Shown here in pieces: positions 18,011-26,714 of a stretch of DNA of 64,000 bases; the stretch's first letter is position 1; each line of letters starts with the position of its first letter. Where the stretch lies: IMG/VR virus record IMGVR_UViG_2974542590_000001, positions 27,054 to 91,053 of that record; one strand, written 5' to 3'. The notes under the pieces were generated by a model, which was not told where the DNA came from, did no database searches, and saw only the letters and a program-made list of their open reading frames with translations. This DNA is from a virus. Its lineage: Duplodnaviria; Heunggongvirae; Uroviricota; Caudoviricetes; Herelleviridae. The position numbers and the translations under genes were made by a program.

Positions 18011-21000
18011 TTATTTCGTTGGAAGAGGGATGTCAACAATCTCGAATTGTTCTTTCTCATAGATTTTTCTTCTCTCTTCCGAATGTTTCTTCAAGTGTTT
18101 ATTTGTTAAGTCGTAAAAATCAAAAACAGATACCTTGTTTTCACCTGTCTTTTTCTTACGTAAGCCACGACCTACCCGTTGCAAGGTTTGACGTAAGGAC
18201 TTACCACCTGCACCTAATATTAAGGTATCAATACCGGAGATGTCAACCCCCTCATCAATAATTGTTGAGGAAATCATCACCTTCAAATGTCCGTCACGCA
18301 TTTCTTGTAACTTTTCATCACGTAAGTCATTATCAAGCTCTCCGTGAATGAAGTAATGTGGTACACCTTCTGCATCTAATAACTCACTAATCGTTTCCCC
18401 GTGTTCAATACGATTAATAATTACCAGTACGCCACTACCGCTCTCATACATTTTCTTTGTAAGTTTAGCAATCAAAGAGTTTCTGTATACATTGTCCACT
18501 ATCCCCATCTTGTAAGCATCCATGTAATTGGAGTTTTCAATGTCTGTAGGGGCAATAATTGGGAAAATGGTAATTTTGGGTTTAGCAGAGTGACCTAAAC
18601 TGATTAAGGTGTCATTTGAAACCTTGGTAGTAATGGAACCAAAAATAGCTTGCATTCTTTGCCATAACACATGGTTTTTCATGTCGATAGACCCTGTTAA
18701 AGCCATGCGGTATTGGGCATTAGAACAAGCGGTCAGAGCTTGGTACCAAGTATCAGAACTAGTATGGTGTGCCTCATCTACAATCATAACAGCAACAGAT
18801 TCTAAAAACTCTTTTGCTTCGTTGTATTTCTTCAAAACCTTACCGTTCTTTTTCTCGACTACCTTTTCATACTCAGCTTGATAGCTACGCATTTTCATCA
18901 CTACCTGTTTGTTCGTTCCACAACTGTAGTAAGCCTCTTCCAGTTCATGTTTCAACTGTAAGTCAGCTTTTGTTTTAACTTGGAAGTTACGAATGTAACC
19001 TTCAAGTAGTCCTTTTTGATTAAACCCTGTAAGAAACTTAGGAGCAATTTCTTTAGCTAACTTTTTGTACATACGCTCTTTTGGTGTAAGTTTAAGTTTA
19101 GCTTCTGGGTCTGCTGAAATAGCAGAGGTAATTGTTGGAATCATCACGAATGTAACTTGTTGAATATCCTTTTTACCTGCTCCAAAGGCACCTACTTTAA
19201 TACCTAATCGTTTTTCAATACGGTCGATAGATTGAGTGAAGATAGAGGAGCTGTTTGTAAAGAATGCAATCCTTTCTCCCGATTCTAAAGCAGGTAGTAT
19301 TTGCTGTATTAAACCAGAAGCAATCTCTGTATTATGGTTAATCATACCATTTGCTATAAAGCTATGTGTTTCTGGCATGTGTAAATCGAAGGTAGGTTCA
19401 TAACCTGCATCCTCAATAGACACCACCTGAGAATAAACAAACTGTTCGTCTAACAGATTATCAAGTGCCAATTTGTACTTAGGTAACCCATCGGGGTACT
19501 TAGCAACTAGCTCTCTCAAACGGTCAATACTGATGGTCTTTGGGAAGTCAAAAGCTTTTTTCATTCCTTTAGGTGGATTCGGATATGTGTCTTTATACGC
19601 ACGTACAAGCTCTTTACCGAATGGGGTGGTTTGTCCTTTAGGATTTCTCTTCCGACTAGCTAGAGCCTCATAGAATGCCTCTCGTTGCGTTTGACGTTGT
19701 TCTGTGATAAACGTCAGCTCGTTTAGTAACTTAGCGGAATCAAGGGCTCCTAAAGTAAGTCTGCCGTACCAGTTGTCCTCATAACTCTTTACTCTCTTTT
19801 CAGAAAGATTAGCAACGTAACCCATGTTAAGTAGCATAAGTTGTACCTGTTCTAGTAACTCTTTGGAAGCTGAAGTGACCTCGATAGCACACTTGGGTAC
19901 TTCTATGCTCATTTCACACTCTAGGTACCCTGATAGGAAGGCTAACTGCACCTCTTTAGGGGCTTCTAAGATACATTGTGGGACTGCTTTGTCCTTAGCT
20001 AATCCTTGAATTAGACCGTAGTACTTATAAAAGTCTTGTGCATGTGTAATACCTCTTAGTATTTTGCTGTCCTTAGAAGTGGAATTAGGTGCACTTCTGG
20101 TAGGTAACCCAAACTTAGTAAACAAGGAGTCAACGCTATCAAGTAGCTCAGACCTATTGTTAGTGAACGTTACCTGACTAGGTTGTCCAAAGTAGCCGTC
20201 TGCTTCTAGTGCCCCTAAAGCATAAGCATCTGCTTCGGTACATAAGTTATTGCACCCATACACATTATCACCCTTACGAGCTACAATCCAATCCCCTACT
20301 GCTAAGTCCTTTGCCTCTTTCCATTGGTGAGTACCATCAGAAGCTACAGTAAGCAACGGGTGATTATCTGTGATGGTTTCTTCCCACCCTTTTTCTGTGG
20401 TCACTTTGTTACCGTGTTTCACACCGTTGATAGTAATATGACTTGGTTTTTCTGGTTGACCATAGCGGTTAATTAGCTCAATACCAAATGTGTTCTCAAT
20501 TGTTGTTTCTGGTTGGTTTGGGTTAATACCATATTCTTTAAATAACGATCCGAAATCTGTGTAACCCTTGGTACTAGTGAGTAATTTCGTGTTTAAATAA
20601 CAGCATTTTCCTCCGTTAGTAGCAACATTGATAATACCTGTTTGCTTCTCAATAATACTTTTTACAGAATCATATTGATAGTCACGTAGAGTAATTATTT
20701 CTCCATTGTCACCATTCAATTTAATTTCTGAGTCCATTTCTTCAACTTCCATGAATTTATCTGGTCTGTCGTCAATAATCTCAAATTGAAACATGTAACC
20801 TCTACTACCCATAGCAGTTTGTAGTCTTCCTAGGATTTCCTCTACTTTAGGTACTAGACCTGTAGGAAATGTATCGTTGTCTTTATTATAAAAATCAATA
20901 ATTCCATCCCAGTAACCTGATTTATATGCAGGACTAAATTGATAGCCGTCTGCTTTTACTCCAAGTTCTTCGTGCATTACTCTATGTATAGTGCTACGAA

Positions 21001-21061
21001 GACTACCTTCGTTTTCATCAAATCTAATCTGAGTGTGCATTACATCTATTACTAGTCTCAT
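18011..21061 (-). CDS. SF2 (DEAH) DNA helicase containing an intein
   Basis: LRDYQ, ATNGGK|T, VDEAHH, LTGS, QRVGRGLR; about 591 aa after splicing. Confidence 0.93.
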   Translation of the reverse strand: MRLVIDVMHTQIRFDENEGSLRSTIHRVMHEELGVKADGYQFSPAYKSGYWDGIIDFYNKDNDTFPTGLVPKVEEILGRLQTAMGSRGYMFQFEIIDDRPDKFMEVEEMDSEIKLNGDNGEIITLRDYQYDSVKSIIEKQTGIINVATNGGKCCYLNTKLLTSTKGYTDFGSLFKEYGINPNQPETTIENTFGIELINRYGQPEKPSHITINGVKHGNKVTTEKGWEETITDNHPLLTVASDGTHQWKEAKDLAVGDWIVARKGDNVYGCNNLCTEADAYALGALEADGYFGQPSQVTFTNNRSELLDSVDSLFTKFGLPTRSAPNSTSKDSKILRGITHAQDFYKYYGLIQGLAKDKAVPQCILEAPKEVQLAFLSGYLECEMSIEVPKCAIEVTSASKELLEQVQLMLLNMGYVANLSEKRVKSYEDNWYGRLTLGALDSAKLLNELTFITEQRQTQREAFYEALASRKRNPKGQTTPFGKELVRAYKDTYPNPPKGMKKAFDFPKTISIDRLRELVAKYPDGLPKYKLALDNLLDEQFVYSQVVSIEDAGYEPTFDLHMPETHSFIANGMINHNTEIASGLIQQILPALESGERIAFFTNSSSIFTQSIDRIEKRLGIKVGAFGAGKKDIQQVTFVMIPTITSAISADPEAKLKLTPKERMYKKLAKEIAPKFLTGFNQKGLLEGYIRNFQVKTKADLQLKHELEEAYYSCGTNKQVVMKMRSYQAEYEKVVEKKNGKVLKKYNEAKEFLESVAVMIVDEAHHTSSDTWYQALTACSNAQYRMALTGSIDMKNHVLWQRMQAIFGSITTKVSNDTLISLGHSAKPKITIFPIIAPTDIENSNYMDAYKMGIVDNVYRNSLIAKLTKKMYESGSGVLVIINRIEHGETISELLDAEGVPHYFIHGELDNDLRDEKLQEMRDGHLKVMISSTIIDEGVDISGIDTLILGAGGKSLRQTLQRVGRGLRKKKTGENKVSVFDFYDLTNKHLKKHSEERRKIYEKEQFEIVDIPLPTK
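19331..20605 (-). mobile_element. Intein (425 aa, class 1) with LAGLIDADG domain
   Basis: Starts CCYLNT, block B TDNHPL, LEADG and FLSGYLECEM, block F TFDL, ends INHN/T. Confidence 0.93.
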
Positions 21062-21097
21062 AAGTCCTCCTAATAATGTCTCACACCTTACAATACA

Positions 21098-21126
21098 ATT
21101 GTACCAGTACTGTTAGGTTATGTCAA
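21098..21126 (-). promoter_or_regulatory. sigmaA-like promoter of replication operon
   Basis: TTGACA-17 nt-TACAAT with TG. Confidence 0.8.
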
Positions 21127-21253
21127 TGTCCTATTTTCCATTTTTGCTGTCCTTATATATAAATATATAATATATAAATACATATAACTTAGATAAATAT
21201 ATAATATATAGTATTAAATATATAAGGGGGTCAAAAATTTAAAATAGGACATT
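21125..21253. repeat. AT-rich element with nested inverted repeats, putative replication origin
   Basis: AATGTCCTATTTT / AAAATAGGACATT and CCTTATATAT / ATATATAAGG flank three TAAATATATAA copies. Confidence 0.6.
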
Positions 21254-21460
21254 TTATCCTTTTAACTTATTTTTCAGTTCTCTAATTTCCTCTAATTCCT
21301 TAGTCAATTCTTGTTTTAAATTATTAACCTCTTGTATATCCCTGTTCAGTTTCTCCTTATCTTTAGCAAGAGCTTTCATCTGGTTAGAATGAATCTTCTC
21401 AGTAACTGTAGGTCTAAAAATTAAAGCTCCTGATGATTTTTGTCTAAATGATTCTGGCAT
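21254..21460 (-). CDS. Small coiled-coil hypothetical protein
   Basis: 68-aa ORF with AAGGAG RBS. Confidence 0.7.
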   Translation of the reverse strand: MPESFRQKSSGALIFRPTVTEKIHSNQMKALAKDKEKLNRDIQEVNNLKQELTKELEEIRELKNKLKG

Positions 21461-21481
21461 ATCAATAAGTCTCCTTTACAT

Positions 21482-21524
21482 AAAAAATAACCCCTATATG
21501 CCTAGTATAGCATATAGAGGCTAT
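21482..21524 (-). terminator. Intrinsic terminator
   Basis: Imperfect stem around CTATATGC/GCATATAG then T run. Confidence 0.65.
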
Positions 21525-21537
21525 TCAACTTGGTTGA

Positions 21538-22500
21538 CTATTTGTTACGTATACCAGTTAAAGCTTCTTCATCAGTCCAACCCTTATAATGTCTGCTACG
21601 TACAGTTGCATAATTCAATCCCAATTCTTTACACCATTGTTTGACAGGCTTAGTCTCCTCTTTATAGGTCATGAGTAATACAGAAGTGCCTACTTTTGAA
21701 GAAAGGGCTTCTTCGAGAGTGGCTCCGGAGTTCAGCCTAGATTTTATAGTCATCTTGTTAATACCTGTTATCTCTCCTAGTTCAGCTAAGGTGTACTCTG
21801 AACCCTTCCAGTTGTAAGTAACTGTATTTCGTCTATTTCGAATCTGGGTTTTAGCATCTACCCATCGACAATTGTCTGGTGAATAACCTTTGTCATTGTC
21901 AATTCTATCAATAGACAAGTCATCGGAAAATCCGTTAGCTATAGACCAATCATGGAAAGCTTCAAAGTCTTCACGCCATTCGGTACATATGTCTATACCT
22001 CTTCCACCGTAATCTTTGTAACTCGCATGGTTCTTGTTGTAACACCGTTGTTTCATAGCATCCCATGCCCGGAATAATTTTGTGTGTTTTCCATTCACTT
22101 TAGACAATCCGTGCTTAGTGGCTACTTTTTTAAGTATATCTGTAGAGTAACACCCGCAACTCTTTGTGCGACCCCCTGTTAACTCTGAACCCCTGACGAG
22201 GCTTGTCTTCCCACAGGAGCATTTACACTCCCATATGATACTACCATTGGTTGCTCGTTCACCTGAATCTTTAATGACAGTCAACCTACCAAAAGTCTTA
22301 CCCACTAAGGACTTCTCACTCGCACACTGTCTACACATCACAGATGAACCTGTAGTAAGAGTACCGCTCGGAATAGATTGAACTGTTCTTCCACAAGAGC
22401 ACTCACAAATCCAATATGCTCTACCTTTCTTAGAAGTATCTCGCTCTTTTACGTACCATTTACCAAATGTAGTACCTGCTAATTGTAATGCTTTACCCAT
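21538..22500 (-). CDS. Free-standing HNH homing endonuclease
   Basis: Two FG-x-L/W...W-x-C-x-C-x-CG repeats; LSIDRIDNDKGYSPDNCRW...QIRNRR; two C-terminal helical repeats. Confidence 0.88.
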   Translation of the reverse strand: MGKALQLAGTTFGKWYVKERDTSKKGRAYWICECSCGRTVQSIPSGTLTTGSSVMCRQCASEKSLVGKTFGRLTVIKDSGERATNGSIIWECKCSCGKTSLVRGSELTGGRTKSCGCYSTDILKKVATKHGLSKVNGKHTKLFRAWDAMKQRCYNKNHASYKDYGGRGIDICTEWREDFEAFHDWSIANGFSDDLSIDRIDNDKGYSPDNCRWVDAKTQIRNRRNTVTYNWKGSEYTLAELGEITGINKMTIKSRLNSGATLEEALSSKVGTSVLLMTYKEETKPVKQWCKELGLNYATVRSRHYKGWTDEEALTGIRNK

Positions 22501-22507
22501 TAAAAAA

Positions 22508-22550
22508 CCTCCTACTATTTCGTATACAGTAAGTATACCACAGTAGGAGG
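22508..22550 (-). promoter_or_regulatory. RBS-sequestering hairpin with internal extended -10
   Basis: CCTCCTACT...AGTAGGAGG perfect 9-bp stem, TGGTATACT inside. Confidence 0.75.
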
Positions 22551-22580
22551 CATAGAAATGTTACATTACAGTTACATCTT

Positions 22581-25500
22581 CTATTTGTCGGTCATATTCG
22601 TCATTAAGCGTCTCACCCTCGGGCGCGCGAATGAGTTCTGGGTTGACATGTCAAGACGGAACTTAATGGATTTAAATGTTCCACCCGTATTAATCTTCTC
22701 AACGTAATCTACACGAACGAAATCTTGCGTACGTTGTGTTGTTGTAGGATGAGCAGTGAATGTCTTCCATGTTTTACCTTCGTCAGTACTGTATTTTGCA
22801 ACAACAGTAGTTCCAGCAGGAGTAAACTGTTCGTAAGACATTTTAACGGTGTTGTATGGAGCCTCGGATAAATCAATTGTACGAGATACGTAGCTACCCT
22901 TCAAGGCAGTTAAGAAACCGGCAAACATAATATCGTCTAATGCAAGCATTGGAGAAATATATTGGTTTGCTTTAAACGTTGCACGAAGTTTAACCTCACG
23001 AGCAATCTGGTTAACATCTAAGTCTACGTAGTTCGCAATTGGAACCCAAGGCTTGTCATTGACGGTTGTTCCGGAAGGTTCATTGTTGAGAACAATCTTC
23101 ATGTCCCATTTACATCCTGTATTCGCAGGAGTTAAATATGTGGACATAAGAACCACACGGTCTACGTTGATGTTTCTCATTACATCAAACTCCAAGATAG
23201 CTTCTTCGTTAAATTTAGCTGTGTACACAGTAAATTTCAAATCAGACATTTGGTGAATAGACCATGCACTCGCATTAGATGAACTGTAAAGCACACCTTC
23301 TAAGTAAGGGTTAGAGTTCACGCTTTGCGTTGGGTCATCAATTCTGTTTTGTCCCATTGTAGCAATCCACATTGTGTATTTATCAGAGTCAGTAATGAAT
23401 ACTAAGCAGTATTCTTGACCTGCTTTACACATCAATGGGTCATCAAATGTAATCTTAGTTGCTACACTAGCATCGTCAGATACATTGATTTCAGAAGGTT
23501 TTAATACACGTTCTGCATAAACCGTTTTGTTTGGTTGACCACCTTCTGAGATACCACGTACTTGACAGATAATGTTTGTACTGCTATCCTTAGAAGCGAA
23601 GAACACATCGAAGCTTGTAGCAATACGGTTGGTATTGAAGCTGAATGATTGTGCCAACGGGTCAACTAGGTTAATTGTTACGTGAGTACGGATGATGATG
23701 TCCTCAGTAGTTTTCATTGTTCCTTGTGCAGTAAACGTTGTACTTGCTAAGTTCGTATCGTTTCGAATAGATACTTCACGAGTACCACAGCGTACACCCG
23801 CAGGAATCTTGAATACACCTTTGAACGTACCATCAGCATTTGCCATACCAGTACCCTCTTGTGAACCTTTACGGTAACCAGAAGATGGTGTAACAGGAAC
23901 ACGTAAGCCATCAAATGATACAACTAAGTTGTTTGCATTTGGCTCTAAGTTCTCAGCGTAGATTTCAACGTCAATTTGTCTCATGAACTCAATCATAGAC
24001 TCTTTTGTTTGTTGTCCACCACTAGATAGTGTAGTACCAGACAATCCAGACTTACGGTAGTCGGCTTTTAGGTCGTTCCAATTCATACCGTTGTCTAGGT
24101 CTACGTTAGATACAAGGTTCATTTCGTCATTTGTCCAAGAAGCCCCACCGTGTCTCCACCATTGACGAATAGTCATTGTAGATGTTTCCTCTTTGGTGAT
24201 AGTGATACGTTCTTCTTCAATCCAGTTATCTGCACTAGGGTTTAGTGTTAGAACACCTTGTTTGTTGAACGTATTATATGGGTTAACATTCATTGCCTCT
24301 GTAGCAAACGGCTGTCTAATACCGACTTCTTCGGTAAATGGTGCAGTTACTAATCGTCCCCATACATGCGCTTCACTAGAACCTTCGATAATAGATGGTA
24401 CTGTTTTGTTGATTTCCGCATATGGTAAAGTAATTTCTGCTGTATCAAAGTCAAAAGCAATTGTAGCATCTGGATGACTTGTATCATATTTATCTAAAGA
24501 GATAAACGCATCAGAGAACACACCACGTAAATAGATTGGGTTTTCTCCTGCCATCGCAGGTTGGTCAAGATAGAATACCGCTTGGTTGTATTCCATATTG
24601 TCTACACGTACAGATAATTTTTGTAGCTCTTCCATCGTTAACCGAGTGATTGTCCATTGCTTAGCTTCTGCCGTGCTTGAATCTGGGTAAACAAGCACTG
24701 TACCAATATTCAGTGTCAATGGGTCAATATGGTTAGGAGAATCTACTAAACGCATTGCGTTAGGTTGTCCTTTATGAACAGTAAAGTTTCCGTTATGGTC
24801 TAGCACAATTAAGTCTTTACGAGCTAAGAAGTATTTGTAGTCTACGTTAACTAATGATTCGTCTACTGGTTTAGAACCTGTCATTTCGTTAAAGTCAATA
24901 TACCATTCACGGTTATCTCCTTCACCTTTAACAGTTACTTTATAATCGGTGTTTTCAATCATTGTTTTGTTGTAAACGTATTGTACAAAGTAAGTACCTC
25001 CGGCAGGTGGTTCTTGCCCTGTAGGTGCCCATGAGATAGCTTGACCATTAACTAATTGGAAATCTTCTCCCTGTCTATATTCGTGCGCTCCGGAACCTTC
25101 CGTCCATACACGAACAACTTTTGTTACCGAAGTATTTTTAAGGTAATCAGTACCCCCACCAACAACTCCACGAGACACTTGTTCTTTTGCAACTTCCACT
25201 TGGGCTGTTACACGGTCTACGCTAGACACAGGTGAGTTACCTAGTTTGTTTAAACGAGTTTCGTTACTGTAGTAGAAACCTTCGTTATTGATTGTTTCTA
25301 AGTCACGAGATTTATCAATGTCAATACGAGTAGTTGTAGGTTTGTCTACTTTAAAACCTAGTACATATGCACGTCCAGAGTCAATAACTAATTGGATTTT
25401 GTTATTAGGGTCTGTTGGGTGTACTTCTGTATACATATCAAATCCACGTACACGATAAGAACCGGATTCATCGTAAGTACGTTCTGCTAATACTTTATTG

Positions 25501-26039
25501 ATTTTGTCCATTTCTGGTGTATCTGGGTTAATATATAATTGACCGTTCTCAAAACGATAAATGTTTGAAGCTTCATCATCGTTTACTCCTAGTACAACTG
25601 TTTCCTCTAGACGGTCTGCACCTTCTGAGAAATGACTAGGAACGCCACTTGTTTGGTCTAACAAGGTTGGGTCATCTTCTGCGGTAATTACCTTTTGAAC
25701 AAGTTTAACACCAATGTACTCAGTACCTCTACCTGTGATTTCAATACTTTGTTCGTTAAAGTTACGCATTTTACCACCAAGGAATACTTTACCTTTTTTA
25801 ACAGTAAGCGTAGTTCCTTGAAGGATATACTCCATACCTGTTTGAATGTCCCCATCACTGAACACGGACTCTGCTACATTGGATAACGCATAGTCTTGCA
25901 TCGCTTGTAGTTCATTAAGTTCTGCTTGTTGAAGAGGTTTATCCGGTTTGAATAGCACTCGTGTTCTGTTCTTATCAGGGTCAAAGCGGTCAAGGTAGGG
26001 CGCTTTCTTTAAATCATCATTTGTAATTTCTTTTGCCAA
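22581..26039 (-). CDS. Adsorption-associated baseplate/tail protein (DUF4815-like)
   Basis: PYLDRFDPDKNRTRVLFKPDKPLQQAELNELQ N-terminus, DPLAQSF motif, 1152 aa. Confidence 0.85.
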   Translation of the reverse strand: MAKEITNDDLKKAPYLDRFDPDKNRTRVLFKPDKPLQQAELNELQAMQDYALSNVAESVFSDGDIQTGMEYILQGTTLTVKKGKVFLGGKMRNFNEQSIEITGRGTEYIGVKLVQKVITAEDDPTLLDQTSGVPSHFSEGADRLEETVVLGVNDDEASNIYRFENGQLYINPDTPEMDKINKVLAERTYDESGSYRVRGFDMYTEVHPTDPNNKIQLVIDSGRAYVLGFKVDKPTTTRIDIDKSRDLETINNEGFYYSNETRLNKLGNSPVSSVDRVTAQVEVAKEQVSRGVVGGGTDYLKNTSVTKVVRVWTEGSGAHEYRQGEDFQLVNGQAISWAPTGQEPPAGGTYFVQYVYNKTMIENTDYKVTVKGEGDNREWYIDFNEMTGSKPVDESLVNVDYKYFLARKDLIVLDHNGNFTVHKGQPNAMRLVDSPNHIDPLTLNIGTVLVYPDSSTAEAKQWTITRLTMEELQKLSVRVDNMEYNQAVFYLDQPAMAGENPIYLRGVFSDAFISLDKYDTSHPDATIAFDFDTAEITLPYAEINKTVPSIIEGSSEAHVWGRLVTAPFTEEVGIRQPFATEAMNVNPYNTFNKQGVLTLNPSADNWIEEERITITKEETSTMTIRQWWRHGGASWTNDEMNLVSNVDLDNGMNWNDLKADYRKSGLSGTTLSSGGQQTKESMIEFMRQIDVEIYAENLEPNANNLVVSFDGLRVPVTPSSGYRKGSQEGTGMANADGTFKGVFKIPAGVRCGTREVSIRNDTNLASTTFTAQGTMKTTEDIIIRTHVTINLVDPLAQSFSFNTNRIATSFDVFFASKDSSTNIICQVRGISEGGQPNKTVYAERVLKPSEINVSDDASVATKITFDDPLMCKAGQEYCLVFITDSDKYTMWIATMGQNRIDDPTQSVNSNPYLEGVLYSSSNASAWSIHQMSDLKFTVYTAKFNEEAILEFDVMRNINVDRVVLMSTYLTPANTGCKWDMKIVLNNEPSGTTVNDKPWVPIANYVDLDVNQIAREVKLRATFKANQYISPMLALDDIMFAGFLTALKGSYVSRTIDLSEAPYNTVKMSYEQFTPAGTTVVAKYSTDEGKTWKTFTAHPTTTQRTQDFVRVDYVEKINTGGTFKSIKFRLDMSTQNSFARPRVRRLMTNMTDK

Positions 26040-26055
26040 TGCTTATCGTCCTTTC

Positions 26056-26601
26056 TTACGCTTTTAATGTTTTGCCGTTTTCCATTGTAACGATAAATTT
26101 CTCTCTCAATGTTACATCGGCAGTTCTGTTTTGTTGTTGTCTATTTTCAAAGAATTGTAGAATACCTGCATTTGTCACTTCTGTAGGTAGTAACGCATCT
26201 TTTTCTACACCTGTTTTTGGTACTAGGTCAGTGTGAAGTCCTACTTGTCTAAATGTACCTAAAGGTAATTCATCACCTACGATTTCAGATTCGATATATA
26301 CCATCCATGCTTTTTCTTTATAAGCATCTTCATCTGGTATCAAAGTAAATTTACGAGTACCATAACTAATTACTGGGTACTTGTTTTCGTCATCTGCAAC
26401 GTATTCACGACATAGAGATGCTTTACTTACTTTTTTGTAACCAACAACTTCTTGTAATGTTGAAGTATTGGGGTCTGTAGCAGGTGGGGCATCTTCGTTT
26501 GTCCAAGGTGAGGTTTTACCGATAACTAAGTACATGCTGTCTTTTTTGTTTTTAAGCTGTAATGAAGCATACACTCGGGAATTATTAGTTGCAATAGCCA
26601 C
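26056..26601 (-). CDS. Baseplate protein
   Basis: MAIATNNSRVYASL...YLVIGKTSPW; position in baseplate cluster. Confidence 0.75.
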   Translation of the reverse strand: MAIATNNSRVYASLQLKNKKDSMYLVIGKTSPWTNEDAPPATDPNTSTLQEVVGYKKVSKASLCREYVADDENKYPVISYGTRKFTLIPDEDAYKEKAWMVYIESEIVGDELPLGTFRQVGLHTDLVPKTGVEKDALLPTEVTNAGILQFFENRQQQNRTADVTLREKFIVTMENGKTLKA

Positions 26602-26656
26602 TTTATAACCTCTTTTCTTCTATGGTTTCATTAGATAATATAGCATTCAATTAAAA

Positions 26657-26683
26657 AATAGGGCACAGCATCGTGCCCTATTT
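26657..26683. terminator. Intrinsic terminator (possibly bidirectional)
   Basis: AATAGGGCAC/GTGCCCTATT stem with A/T runs. Confidence 0.8.
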
Positions 26684-26714
26684 ATATTATAGCATATTAT
26701 TCTGCTATCCCTAT

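Noticed and set aside
17442..18261. Plus-strand ORFs of 181 and 100 aa, and similar plus-strand ORFs throughout
   Set aside because: Overlap well-supported minus-strand genes and have shadow-frame composition
21150..21230. CRISPR-like or minisatellite array
   Set aside because: Short AT-only repeats without unique regular spacers; no cas genes
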